Below are positions 1 to 12,820 of a stretch of 64,000 bases of DNA, one piece after another. The stretch is from Mobula hypostoma (lineage: Eukaryota). Both the position numbers and the translations under genes were made by a program. The notes under the pieces are model-generated. The model was not told where the DNA came from. It searched no databases and saw nothing but the letters and a program-made list of their open reading frames with translations. How positions within the stretch are numbered: the first letter of the stretch is position 1; every line of letters starts with the position of its first letter. The stretch lies in the NCBI RefSeq assembly GCF_963921235.1, contig NC_086108.1:34412001-34476000 (forward strand), read 5' to 3'.

Positions 1-3000
1 AGTACAGTGTGACTATATGGAGATAGTGAGTGGAGTGTGACTATATGGAGATAGTGAGTGGAGTGTGGTAGTATGGAGATAGTGAGTGGAGTGTGACTAT
101 ATGGAGATAGTGAGTGGAGTGTGACTATATGGAGATAGTGAGTGGAGTGTGACTATATGGAGATAGTGAGTGGAGTGTGGCCATATGGAGATAGTGAGTA
201 CGCTGTGACTATATGGAGATAGTGAGTGGTGTGTGACTATATGGAGATAGTGAGTGGTGTGTGACTATATGGAGATAGTGAGTGGAGTGTGGCAGTATGG
301 AGATAGTGAGTGGAGTGTGGCTATATGGAGATAGTGAGTGGAGTGTGTCTATATGGAGATAGTGAGTGGAGTGTGGCAGTATGGAGATAGTGAGTGGAGT
401 GTGACTATATGGAGATAGTGAGTGGAGTGTGGCAGTATGGAGATAGTGAGTGGAGTGTGGCTATATGGAGATAGTGAGTGGAGTGTGGCTATATGGAGAT
501 AGTGAGTGGTGTGTGACTATATGGAGATAGTGAGTAGTGTGTGGCTATATGGAGATAGTGAGTGGAGTGTGGCTATATGGAGATAGTGAGTGGAGTGTGA
601 CTATATGGAGATAGTGAGAGGAGTGTGGCTATATGGAGATAGTGAGTGGAGTGTGACTATATGGAGATAGTGAGTGGAGTGTGACTATATGGAGATAGTG
701 AGTGGAGTGTGGCTATATGGAGATAGTGAGTTGAGTGTGACTATATGGAGATACTGAGTGCAGTGTGGCTATATGGAGATAGTGAGTGGAGTGTGACTAT
801 ATGGAGATAGTGAGTGGAGTGTGACTATATGGAGATATTGAGTACAGTGTGACTATATGGAGATAGTGAGTGGTGTGTGACTATATGGAGATAGTGAGTG
901 GAGTGTGGCAGTATGGAGATACTGAGTGGAGTGTGGCTATATGGAGATAGTGAGTGGAGTGTGACTATATGGAGATAGTGAGTACAGTGTGACTATATGG
1001 AGATAGTGAGTGGAGTGTGACTATATGGAGATAGTGAGTGGAGTGTGGCTATATGGAGATAGTGAGTGGAGTGTGACTATATGGAGATAGTGAGTGGTGT
1101 GTGACTATATGGAGATAGTGAGTGGAGTGTGGCTATATGGAGATAGTGAGTGGAGTGTGGCTATATGGAGATAGTGAGTGGAGTGTGACTATATGGAGAT
1201 AGTGAGTGGAGTGTGACTATATGGAGATAGTGAGTGGAGTGTGGCTATATGGAGATAGTGAGTGGAGTGTGACTATATGGAGATAGTGAGTGGAGTGTGG
1301 CTATATGGAAATAGTGAGTGGAGTGTGACTATATGGAGATAGTGAGTGGAGTGTGGCTATATGGAGATAGTGAGTGCAGTGTGGCTATATGGAGATAGTG
1401 AGTAGTGTGTGGCTATATGGAGATACTGAGTAGAGTGTGGCTATATGGAGATAGTGAGTGGAGTGTGACTATATGGAGATAGTGAGTGGAGTCTGACTAT
1501 ATGGAGATAGTGAGTACAGTGTGACTATATGGAGATAGTGAGTGGTGTGTGACTATATGGAGATAGTGAGTGGAGTGTGGCAGTATGGAGATACTGAGTG
1601 GAGTGTGGCTATATGGAGATAGTGAGTGGAGTGTGACTATATGGAGATAGTGAGTACAGTGTGACTATATGGATATAGTGAGTGGAGTGTGGCTATATGG
1701 AGATAGTGAGTGGAGTGCGGCTATATGGAGATAGTGAGTGGAGTGTGACTATATGGAGATAGTGAGTGGAGTGTGACTATATGGAGATAGTGAGTGGAGT
1801 GTGGCTATATGGAGATAGTGAGTAGTGTGTGGTTATATGGAGATACTGAGTGGAGTGTGGCTATATGGAGATAGTGAGTGGAGTGTGACTATATGGAGAT
1901 AGTGAGTGGAGTGTGACTATATGGAGATTGTGAGTACGGTGTGACTATATGGAGATAGTGAGTGGTGTGTGACTATATGGAGATAGTGAGTGGAGTGTGG
2001 CAGTATGGAGATACTGAGTGGAGTGTGGCTATATGGAGATAGTGAGTGGAGTGTGACTATATGGAGATAGTGAGTACAGTGTGACTATATGGAGATAGTG
2101 AGTGGAGTGTGACTATATGGAGATAGTGAGTGGAGTGTGGTAGTATGGAGATAGTGAGTGGAGTGTGACTATATGGAGATAGTGAGTGGAGTGTGACTAT
2201 ATGGAGATAGTGAGTGGAGTGTGACTATATGGAGATAGTGAGTGGAGTGTGGACATATGGAGATAGTGAGTACAGTGTGACTATATGGAGATAGTGAGTG
2301 GTGTGTGACTATATGGAGATAGTAAGTGGTGTGTGACTATATGGAGATAGTGAGTGGAGTGTGGCAGTATGGAGATAGTGAGTGGAGTGTGGCTATATGG
2401 AGATAGTGAGTGGAGTGTGACTATATGGAGATAGTGAGTGGAGTGTGGCAGTATGGAGATAGTGAGTGGAGTGTGGCAATATGGAGATAGTGAGTGGTGT
2501 GTGACTATATGGAGATAGTGAGTAGTGTGTGGCTATATGGAGATAGTGAGTGGAGTGTGGCAGTATGGAGATAGTGAGTGGAGTGTGACTATATGGAGAT
2601 AGTGAGTGGAGTGTGACAGTATGGAGATAGTGAGTGGAGTGTGGCTATATGGAGATAGTGAGTGGAGTGTGGCTATATGGAGATAGTGAGTGGTGTGTGA
2701 CTATATGGAGATAGTGAGTAGTGTGTGGCTATATGGAGATAGTGAGTGGAGTGTGGCTATATGGAGATAGTGAGTGGAGTGTGACTATATGGAGATAGTG
2801 AGAGCAGTGTGGCTATATGGAGATAGTGAGTGGAGTGTGACTATATGGAGATAGTGAGTGGAGTGTGACTATATGGAGATAGTGAGTGGAGTGTGGCTAT
2901 ATGGAGATAGTGAGTGGAGTGTGACTATATGGAGATACTGAGTGGAGTGTGGCTATATGGAGATAGTGAGTGGAGTGTGACTATATGGAGATAGTGAGTG

Positions 3001-6000
3001 GAGTGTGACTATATGGAGATAGTGAGTACAGTGTGACTATATGGAGATAGTGAGTGGAGTGTGGCAGTATGGAGATACTGAGTGGAGTGTGGCTATATGG
3101 AGATAGTGAGTGGAGTGTGACTATATGGAGATAGTGAGTACAGTGTGACTATATGGATATAGTGAGTGGAGTGTGGCTATATGGAGATAGTGAGTGGAGT
3201 GCGGCTATATGGAGATAGTGATTGGAGTGTGACTATATGGAGATAGTGAGTGGAGTGTGACTATATGGAGATAGTGAGTGGAGTGTGGCTATATGGAGAT
3301 AGTGAGTAGTGTGTGGTTATATGGAGATACTGAGTGGAGTGTGGCTATATGGAGATAGTGAGTGGAGTGTGACTATATGGAGATAGTGAGTGGAGTGTGA
3401 CTATATGGAGATAGTGAGTACGGTGTGACTATATGGAGATAGTGAGTGGTGTGTGACTATATGGAGATAGTGAGTGGAGTGTGGCAGTATGGAGATACTG
3501 AGTGGAGTGTGGCTATATGGAGATAGTGAGTAGAGTGTGACTATATGGAGATAGTGAGTACAGTGTGACTATATGGAGATAGTGAGTGGAGTGTGACTAT
3601 ATGGAGATAGTGAGTGGAGTGTGGTAGTATGGAGATAGTGAGTGGAGTGTGACTATATGGAGATAGTGTGTGGAGTGTGACTATATGGAGATAGTGAGTG
3701 GAGTGTGACTATATGGAGATAGTGAGTGGAGTGTGGACATATGGAGATAGTGAGTACAGTGTGACTATATGGAGATAGTGAGTGGTGTGTGACTATATGG
3801 AGATAGTAAGTGGTGTGTGACTATATGGAGATAGTGAGTGGAGTGTGGCAGTATGGAGATAGTGAGTGGAGTGTGGCTATATGGAGATAGTGAGTGGAGT
3901 GTGACTATATGGAGATAGTGAGTGGAGTGTGGCAGTATGGAGATAGTGAGTGGAGTGTGGCTATATGGAGATAGTGAGTGGTGTGTGACTATATGGAGAT
4001 AGTGAGTAGTGTGTGGCTATATGGAGATAGTGAGTGGAGTGTGACTATATGGAGATAGTGAGTGGAGTGTGACAGTATGGAGATAGTGAGTGGAGTGTGG
4101 CTATATGGAGATAGTGAGTGGAGTGTGGCTATATGGAGATAGTGAGTGGTGTGTGACTATATGGAGATAGTGAGTAGTGTGTGGCTATATGGAGATAGTG
4201 AGTGGAGTGTGGCTATATGGAGATAGTGAGTGGAGTGTGACTATATGGAGATAGTGAGTGGAGTGTGGCTATATGGAGATAGTGAGTGGAGTGTGACTAT
4301 ATGGAGATAGTGAGTGGAGTGTGACTATATGGAGATAGTGAGTGGAGTGTGGCTATATGGAGATAGTGAGTTGAGTGTGACTATATGGAGATACTGAGTG
4401 GAGTGTGGCTATATGGAGATAGTGAGTGGAGTGTGACTATATGGAGATAGTGAGTGGAGTGTGACTATATGGAGATAGTGAGTACAGTGTGACTATATGG
4501 AGATAGTGAGTGGTGTGTGACTATATGGAGATAGTGAGTGGAGTGTGGCAGTATGGAGATACTGAGTGGAGTGTGGCTATATGGAGATAGTGAGTGGAAT
4601 GTGACTATATGGAGATAGTGAGTACAGTGTGACTATATGGAGATAGTGAGTGGAGTGTGACTATATGGAGATAGTGAGTGGAGTGTGGCTAAATGGAGAT
4701 AGTGAGTGGAGTGTGACTATATGGAGATAGTGAGTGGTGTGTGACTATATGGAGATAGTGAGTGGAGTGTGGCTATATGGAGATAGTGAGTGGAGTGTGG
4801 CTATATGGAAATAGTGAGTGGAGTGTGACTATATGGAGATAGTGAGTGGAGTGTGACTATATGGAGATAGTGAGTGGAGTGTGGCTATATGGAGATAGTG
4901 AGTGGAGTGTGACTATATGGAGATACTGAGTGGAGTGTGGCTATATGGAGATAGTGAGTGGAGTGTGACTATATGGAGATAGTGAGTGGAGTGTGACTAT
5001 ATGGAGATATTGAGTACAGTGTGACTATATGGAGATAGTGAGTGGTGTGTGACTATATGGAGATAGTGAGTGGAGTGTGGCATTATGGAGATAGTGAGTG
5101 GAGTGTGGCTATATGGAGATAGTGAGTGGAGTGTGACTATATGGAGATACTGAGTGGAGTGTGGCTATATGGAGATAGTGAGTGGATTGTGACTATATGG
5201 AGATAGTGAGTGGAGTGTGACTATATGGAGATATTGAGTACAGTGTGACTATATGGAGATAGTGAGTGGTGTGTGACTATATGGAGATAGTGAGTGGAGT
5301 GTGGCATTATGGAGATACTGAGTGGAGTGTGACTATATGGAGATAGTGAGTAGTGTGTGGCTATATGGAGATAGTGAGTGGAGTGTGACTATATGGAGAT
5401 AGTGAGTGGAGTGTGACAGTATGGAGATAGTGAGTGGAGTGTGGCTATATGGAGATAGTGAGTGGAGTGTGGCTATATGGAGATAGTGAGTGGTGTGTGA
5501 CTATATGGAGATAGTGAGTAGTGTGTGGCTATATGGAGATAGTGAGTGGAGTGTGGCTATATGGAGATAGTGAGTGGAGTGTGACTATATGGAGATAGTG
5601 AGAGGAGTGTGGCTATATGGAGATAGTGAGTGGAGTGTGACTATATGGAGATAGTGAGTGGAGTGTGACTATATGGAGATAGTGAGTGGAGTGTGGCTAT
5701 ATGGAGATAGTGAGTTGAGTGTGACTATATGGAGATACTGAGTGGAGTGTGGCTATATGGAGATAGTGAGTGGAGTGTGACTATATGGAGATAGTGAGTG
5801 GAGTGTGACTATATGGAGATAGTGAGTACAGTGTGACTATATGGAGATAGTGAGTGGTGTGTGACTAAATGGAGATAGTGAGTGGAGTGTGGCAGTATGG
5901 AGATACTGAGTGGAGTGTGGCTATATGGAGATAGTGAGTGGAATGTGACTATATGGAGATAGTGAGTACAGTGTGACTATATGGAGATAGTGAGTGGAGT

Positions 6001-8604
6001 GTGACTATATGGAGATAGTGAGTGGAGTGTGGCTAAATGGAGATAGTGAGTGGAGTGTGACTATATGGAGATAGTGAGTGGTGTGTGACTATATGGAGAT
6101 AGTGAGTGGAGTGTGGCTATATGGAGATAGTGAGTGGAGTGTGGCTATATGGAAATAGTGAGTGGAGTGTGACTATATGGAGATAGTGAGTGGAGTGTGA
6201 CTATATGGAGATAGTGAGTGGAGTGTGGCTATATGGAGATAGTGAGTGGAGTGTGACTATATGGAGATACTGAGTGGAGTGTGGGTATATGGAGATAGTG
6301 AGTGGAGTGTGACTATATGGAGATAGTGAGTGGAGTGTGACTATATGGAGATATTGAGTACAGTGTGACTATATGGAGATAGTGAGTGGTGTGTGACTAT
6401 ATGGAGATAGTGAGTGGAGTGTGGCATTATGGAGATACTGAGTGGAGTGTGGCTATATGGAGATAGTGAGTGGAGTGTGGCTATATGGAGATCGTGAGTG
6501 GAGTGTGACTATATGGAGATAGTGAGTGGAGTGTGGCTATATGGAGATAGTGAGTGGAGTGTGACTATATGGAGATAGTGAGTGGAGTGTGGCAGTATGG
6601 AGATAGTGAGTGGAGTGTGGCAGTATGGAGATAGTGAGTGGAGTGTGACTATATGGAGATAGTGAGTGGAGTGTGGCTATATGGAGATAGTGAGTGGAGT
6701 GTGGCTATATGGAGATAGTGAGTGGAGTGTGACTATATGGAGATAGTGAGTGGAGTGTGACTATATGGAGATAGTGAGTGGAGTGTGGCTATATGGAGAT
6801 AGTGATTGGAGTGTGACTATATGGAGATACTGATTGGAGTGTGGCTATATGGAGATAGTGAGTGGAGTGTGACTATATGGAGATAGTGAGTGGAGTGTGA
6901 CTATATGGAGATAGTGAGTACAGTGTGACTATATGGACATAGTGAGTGGTGTGTGACTATATGGAGATAGTGAGTGGAGTGTGGCAGTATGGAGATATTG
7001 AGTGGAGTGTGGCTATATTGAGATAGTGAGTGGAGTGTGACTATATGGAGATAGTGAGTACAGTGTGACCATATGGAGATAGTGAGTGGAGTGTGACTAT
7101 ATGGAGATAGTGAGTGGAGTGTGGCTATATGGAGATAGTGAGTGGAGTGTGACTATATGGAGATAGTGAGTGGAGTGTGGCTATATGGAGATAGTGAGTG
7201 GAGTGTGACTATATGGAGATAGTGAGTGGAGTGTGGCAGTATGGAGATAGTGAGTGGAGTGTGACTATATGGAGATAGTGAGTGGAGTGTGGCTATATGG
7301 AGATAGTGAGTAGTGTGTGGCTATATGGAGATACTGAGTGGAGTGTGGCTATATGGAGATAGTGAGTGGAGTGTGACTATATGGAGATAGTGAGTGGAGT
7401 GTGACTATATGGAGATAGTGAGTACAGTGTGACTATATGGAGATAGTGAGTGGTGTGTGACTATATGGAGATAGTGAGTGGAGTGTGGCAGTATGGAGAT
7501 ACTGAGTGGAGTGTGGCTATATGGAGATAGTGAGTGGAGTGTGACTATATGGAGATAGTGAGTACAGTGTGACTATATGGAGATAGTGAGTGGAGTGTGA
7601 CTATATGGAGATAGTGAGTGGAGTGTGGCTATATGGAGATAGTGAGTGGAGTGTGACTATATGGAGATAGTGAGTGGAGTGTGGCTATATGGAGATAGTG
7701 AGTGGAGTGTGACTATATGGAGATAGTGAGTAGTGTGTGACTATATGGAGATAGTGAGTGGAGTGTGACTATATGGAGATAGTGAGTGGTGTGTGGTAGT
7801 ATGGAGATAGTGAGTGGAGTGTGGCCATATGGAGATAGTGAGTGGAGTGTGACTATATGGAGATAGTGAGTGGAGTGTGACTATATGGAGATAGTGAGTA
7901 CAGTGTGACTATATGGAGATGGTGAGTGGTGTGTGACTATATGGAGATAGTGACTGGAGTGTGACTATATGGAGATAGTGAGTACAGTGTGACTATATGG
8001 AGATAGTGAGTGGTGTGTGACTATATGGAGATAGTGAGTACAGTGTGACTATATGGAGATAGTGAGTGGAGTGTGACTATATGGAGAAAGTGAGTACAGT
8101 GTGACTATATGGAGATAGTGAGTGGTGTGTGACTATATGGAGATAGTGAGTACAGTGTGACTATATGGAGATAGTGAGTGGAGTGTGACTATATGGAGAT
8201 AGTGAGTACAGTGTGACTATATGGAGATAGTGAGTGGTGTGTGACTATATGGAGATAGTGAGTGGAGTGTGGCAGTATGGAGATAGTGAGTGGAGTGTGG
8301 CAGTATGGAGATAGTGAGTGGAGTGTGGCCATATGGAGATAGTGAGTGGAGTGTGACTATATGGAGATAGTGAGTGGAGTGTGACTATATGGAGATAGTG
8401 AGTACAGTGTGACTATATGGAGATAGTGAGTGGTGTGTGACTATATGGAGATAGTGAGTTGAGTGTGACTATATGGAGATAGTGAGTGGAGTGTGGCAGT
8501 ATGGAGATAGTGAGTGGAGTGTGGCAGTATGGAGATAGTGAGTGGAGTGTGACTATATGGAGATAGTGAGTGGAGTGTGACTATATGGAGATAGTGAGTA
8601 GAGT
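1..8604 (+). repeat. 28-bp tandem satellite/minisatellite, consensus GACTATATGGAGATAGTGAGTGGAGTGT, about 307 units, open at the left window edge
   Basis: Unit starts at 11, 39, 67, 95 and so on. Register at position 8401 is the same as at position 1 (8400 = 300 x 28). Recurrent variants include GGCTAT, GGCAGTAT, AGTACAGT and GATACTG. The + strand is strongly G-rich and C-poor. Confidence 0.99.
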
Positions 8605-8790
8605 TGTGTCAGTTGGTAGAAGATCCTCATAGCTGAAGAGAAGTAGCTGTTCTTCAACCAGATGCTGTGGGACATCAGGCTTCTGTATCTTCTGCCCAAT
8701 TTTAGGTGCAAGAAGATGGCATGACCACATGGTGGGGATCGTTGGTAATTTTCTGGAGGCAGTGTTTCATGTAGATACTTCCAACGGTGT
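8605..8790 (-). mobile_element. Rex1/Babar-like LINE 3' fragment, decayed
   Basis: GAAGTAGCTGTTCTTCAACC...CAGGCTTCTGTATCTTCTGCCC...GGTGGGGATC resembles the other minus-strand Rex 3' ends in the window (14250-14420, 43730-43880). Confidence 0.65.
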
Positions 8791-9480
8791 TAACCATTTC
8801 AAGGCTGATGACCAAAACACGCTGGTCAAGTCAAAATAACCTCAACTTACAAACACAGCCATCCACATGTATACTTACCCATTGTCATCCTGACCTTCAT
8901 ACTTCTACCTTTATCAATGGCTACTGAAATCCTTTGCTATTCCTTCTCAGCTGTGATACCCTCCAGCTTATTCCCCTTCAGCAGATTTGCCTCCTGATCC
9001 ATAACTCAACTCCTCAAACCTAAAACTCTGCTGTCAGTGTGGACTTATACCTTCCCTTTCAGGAGTGCCTCAGTCTGAGAGTTAACTGAACAGGAATCAC
9101 ATTCGGTTCTGGTCAACTCACTATAGGATGTGAAAGCTTTAGGAGAGATTTACCAGGATGCCGCCTGGACCAGGGAGGATGTCTTATGAGGATAGATTGT
9201 GTGAGCCAGAGATTTTCTCTTTGGAGCAAAGGAAGATAGGAGGTAAATTGACATAGGTATACAAGATGATAAGAGGCATAGATTGATTGAATGGATAGCC
9301 AAAGATTTTTTTTTCCTGGGGGAAATGGGTAATCTAAGGGGGCATAATTTTAAAGTGATTGGAAGAAAGTATGGAGGGTAAGTCAGAGGTAAGTTTTTTT
9401 TCACAGAGAGATTGGTGGATGCATGGAAAGCCCTACCAGAGGTGATGGTGGAGGAAGATACATTGGCTCATTTAGGAAAT

Positions 9481-10037
9481 TTCTTTTTTTAATTCCCCTC
9501 TTCTTTTATTGCCCACTCTGGCCTCTTACCTCTTCCTATCACCACCCCTGGGATCCGTCCTCCTTTCCTTTCTCCTATAGTTCACTTTCCTCTCCTAACA
9601 GAATCCTTCTTCTCCAGCCCTTTCTCTTTTCAACCCATCTGACTTCACCTATCAAGATATTAATATTAATATTTATATATTATACGACACTTCACCGACA
9701 GGTGTTCCAAGTCCGGACTGCAGGAGCTTGTCAGTGCCACTGTGTCCGAGCACCACCCAGTGTTGATCAGTAGGCAGACTCCACCTCCCCTTGTCTTGCC
9801 CAAAGTATAAAGTATCACCTTCTAGCTATCCTCCTTCCTCCTCCCCCTTTTTATTAAATCTTTTATCTTTTTATTCTGGCGTCTCCCCCCTTCGTTTTCA
9901 ATCCTGAAGAAGGGTCTCAGCCCAAAATGTTGACTGTTTATTCTCTTCCATAGATGCTGCCTGGCCTACTAAGTTTCTCCAGCATTTTGTGTGTGTTGAT
10001 TTGGATTTCCAGCATCTGCAGACTTCGTTGTCTTTAT
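9481..10037 (+). mobile_element. Penelope-like element (PLE) 3' terminal fragment with a decayed hammerhead motif
   Basis: Pyrimidine-rich tract followed by CCTGAAGAAGGGTCTCAGCCCAAAATGTTGACTG and ATAGATGCTGCCTGGCC...CCAGCATTTTGTGTGTGTTG, the same terminus as the GIY-YIG element at 34955-35980. Confidence 0.8.
9655..9812 (-). mobile_element. Short insertion of a Rex1/Babar endonuclease fragment, flanked by a TATCA duplication
   Basis: Minus strand translates as GKTRGGGVCLLINTGWCSDTVALTSSCSPDLEHLSVKCR, a Rex APE-domain motif. TATCA occurs at 9650-9654 and 9813-9817. Confidence 0.7.
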
Positions 10038-12124
10038 CATGTAAGAAACTCTTAGATGGGCACGTGGATAATAGAAAAATTGAGGGCTATGTAGGAGGAA
10101 AGGGTTAGATTGATCTTAGAATAGGTTAAAAGTCTGGCCCCAATTTTTTTGGCAGAAGTGCCTGTACTGAGTTGTAATGTATATGATATTCTTCATGGAA
10201 TGCAACAGGAGACAAAACTCTGTTGTCAATGGATCACCCTAACATGCAGTGTTGAGCTAAGAATCTATCTTAACCTGTGAGTAGTGGGCCAATAAATTAT
10301 TTCTGTCAAGATTAAAATGGTGAACAATAATAATCTATACTGTTTCTCTCTAAAAACTCAACTCATTTTGTTTTCAAAAATCCATTATCTAACTGGATTA
10401 TTCAATATCCATAAAAATACAGGAAGTGCAATTGTCTGGAGTAACAGAAAAGGTGGTTATAAAGCACAGAGACAAATAGTTATCACATGGCTTCAAAAAA
10501 AGACACAAAGTTTGCATTGGAGTTACTGCTGAGCTTTTTCCGTAAATTTAACTGAAATAGAGAAACTGCATGCTATAGCTGTTCAAAAATGTAAACAATT
10601 TTATTTATATACATGGTTTATTTCTGCTGCTACAGATGCTGTACATTGATTTAATCCCCATTAAACAAAAGAGATGATTAAGCGTCATTTATGTTTACAA
10701 ATCCTGTTGTAAAAATGATCCCCTGTTCCTCGTAGAAGACCTGCATTCATTGGCTTGAGAGTTTTATATAATTTCGGCCTAAAAATGGTGAATACATTAA
10801 ACAACCAATTGCACAAATGGAAAGCTCACAATTCTCTCTTAATATTTGTATTTCTCTTTCTGATAGCCTAACTTCTAAACTACTTTCTCACTCATAGCTA
10901 CCACATATATGGTAATTTATAATCTGAAGCCATAAAGATTTATTCCACATTTTCAGATTGCAATTCCAAATCATTTGGAAACTGGCTCATTACCAAACCA
11001 CCAAAGATATTTCTGAGTGCCCAACCTACCTGTTCAGCAGCTTGGAGACACGATAGATTGTAGATGCTGGAATCTGGAGCAACAAACAACATTCTGGAGG
11101 AAATGGGCTTCACAGACAAAGCCTAACGTTAAGTGGCCCTCCAGGACTTGAATTGTTGTTCCTATTGTGCAGCTTGCTAGTAGTCACACAGGATAAAATG
11201 CATATAGTTTTTTTTAACCTTGCTTTCCTACATTTGAGATATTTGGGCATAAACTGAGTGATTGAGGGAGGTGGGAAATGCAAGGAAATGCTTTTGGTCT
11301 TCAAAAGTTCTGGCCTAACTCACCACTTCATCAGCATTATATTGCCACCACTCCCAAAATAATTAAAATTAAATGGAATGTGCTCCAGATGGCAAAGTCT
11401 GAAATAACAGCGGTAAATTCGACTGGATTTAAATGATCAACTTTTAATACAAAAACACTGCTTTCTCCAAGGTTGCCTACATTTGAAAAAGGATCTTTAC
11501 ACTGAAAAATTAAAGTCTGTTTCTCTCACCACATCTGCTGCCTGACCCACTGAGTATCCCCACCATGTTGTTCTCATTATTCTCCCCCCACCTGTCCCAC
11601 TGAATGTTCCAGGATGATTTAAGTTCAGATACATTCCTTTCCTTTTGTGTAACAAAATTCCCCGTGACCTTGAGAACCGAGGCTGCACGTACAGGAAGCA
11701 ACACAAAGAGGTTCCTAACGATGTACATTTCTATCAAGCACAATCATAGGCCAGTGTTTACTTACTGTGGAATCAGCACCACACAAGTTATTTATTTGCA
11801 AGATCACGGTCTATCGGGTAATAAATACTGAGTGCAAAGCCAACCACCTTAAATAACTATGGTTATCACAGATAACCAACCCTTTAGAGTATTCGTTACA
11901 CTAAACTGGAGGTCACTTGAAGACTCAGCCATGTCATGCTTTCCTTTTGTCTGCAGCTGGGGTCATGAACTGGATACTTGACAGTGCCAGCTTACACGGG
12001 TATGATTGCAGCACAGGGCTGCACGCGGTGGCAGACCCTGGATAAAGTCACAGTGAGCACTGGAGCACACATTCTGAGAGGAGTGTGCCCAGAGAGCACT
12101 CACACAGAGTGGCTGATCTCCTTG

Positions 12125-12820
12125 AGTACCACACACAAAATGCTGGTGGAGCTCAGCAAGTCAGGCAACATCTATGGAGAGGAATAAACGGTCGATGTTT
12201 CAGACCGAGACCCTCCTCGGGATGAGAAAGGAAGGGGGAAGAAGCCAGAATAAGAAAGTGGGGGCATGACAAGGAATACAAGTTGGCAGGCGAGGTGGAT
12301 GGATGGATGGGGGAAAGGTGAGAAAAAGAAGTAAGAAGCTGAGAGGGGATAGATGAGATAAAGGGCTGAAAAAGAAGGAATCTAATAAGAGGGTACAGTG
12401 GACATTGGAAGAAAGGAAAGGAGGAGGAGGATTACTAGAGGGAGGTGATTGGTGGGCGAGGACAAGGGATAAGAGGGTAAGCATAGTGGGAAATGGAAAG
12501 AGAGAGAAGGAGGAAGGTGGGGGGAAAGTACCGGATGTTGGAGAAATCACTGTCCATGCCATCAGGTTGGAGGCTATGACGTGTTGCTCCTCCAGCCCGA
12601 GTTTGGCCTCATCATAACAGCAGAGGAGGCCGTGGACTGACATGACAGAATGGGAAAGGGAAGCCGAATTGAAATGGGTGGCCACCAGGAGATCTTACCT
12701 TTTGCGGTAGACAAAGCAAAGGTGCTCGCCCAATTTGCGCTAGGTCTCACTGATGTAGAGGAGGCCAGATCATGAGCTCTGGGCACAGTAGATGACTCTG
12801 AAAGACTCCCAGGTGAAGTA
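12125..12820 (-). mobile_element. Penelope-like element 3' part (GIY-YIG C-terminus plus terminal repeat), decayed
   Basis: ORF 12200-12685 begins (V)ATHFNSASLSHSVMSVHGLLCCYDEAKLGLEEQH, homologous to ORF 35104-35538. Terminus ACACACAAAATGCTGGTGGAGCTCAGCA; decayed hammerhead at about 12190-12225. Confidence 0.85.

Larger units (their letters stand above)
9105..10185 (+). mobile_element. CR1 LINE 3' fragment, interrupted at about 9481-10037 by a Penelope-like fragment
   Basis: CR1 ORF2 C-terminal-type sequence (GTTCTGGTC...TATAGG...TTTTCTCTTTGGAGC...AGAGGCATAGAT) resumes at about 10040 (AAACTCTTAGATGGGCAC) and ends in a CCTGTACTG tail. Confidence 0.75.

Noticed and set aside
1..8604. CRISPR-like or coding repeat array
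   Set aside because: Head-to-tail 28-mers with no unique spacers, no long ORF and a eukaryotic context; this is an ordinary satellite architecture.
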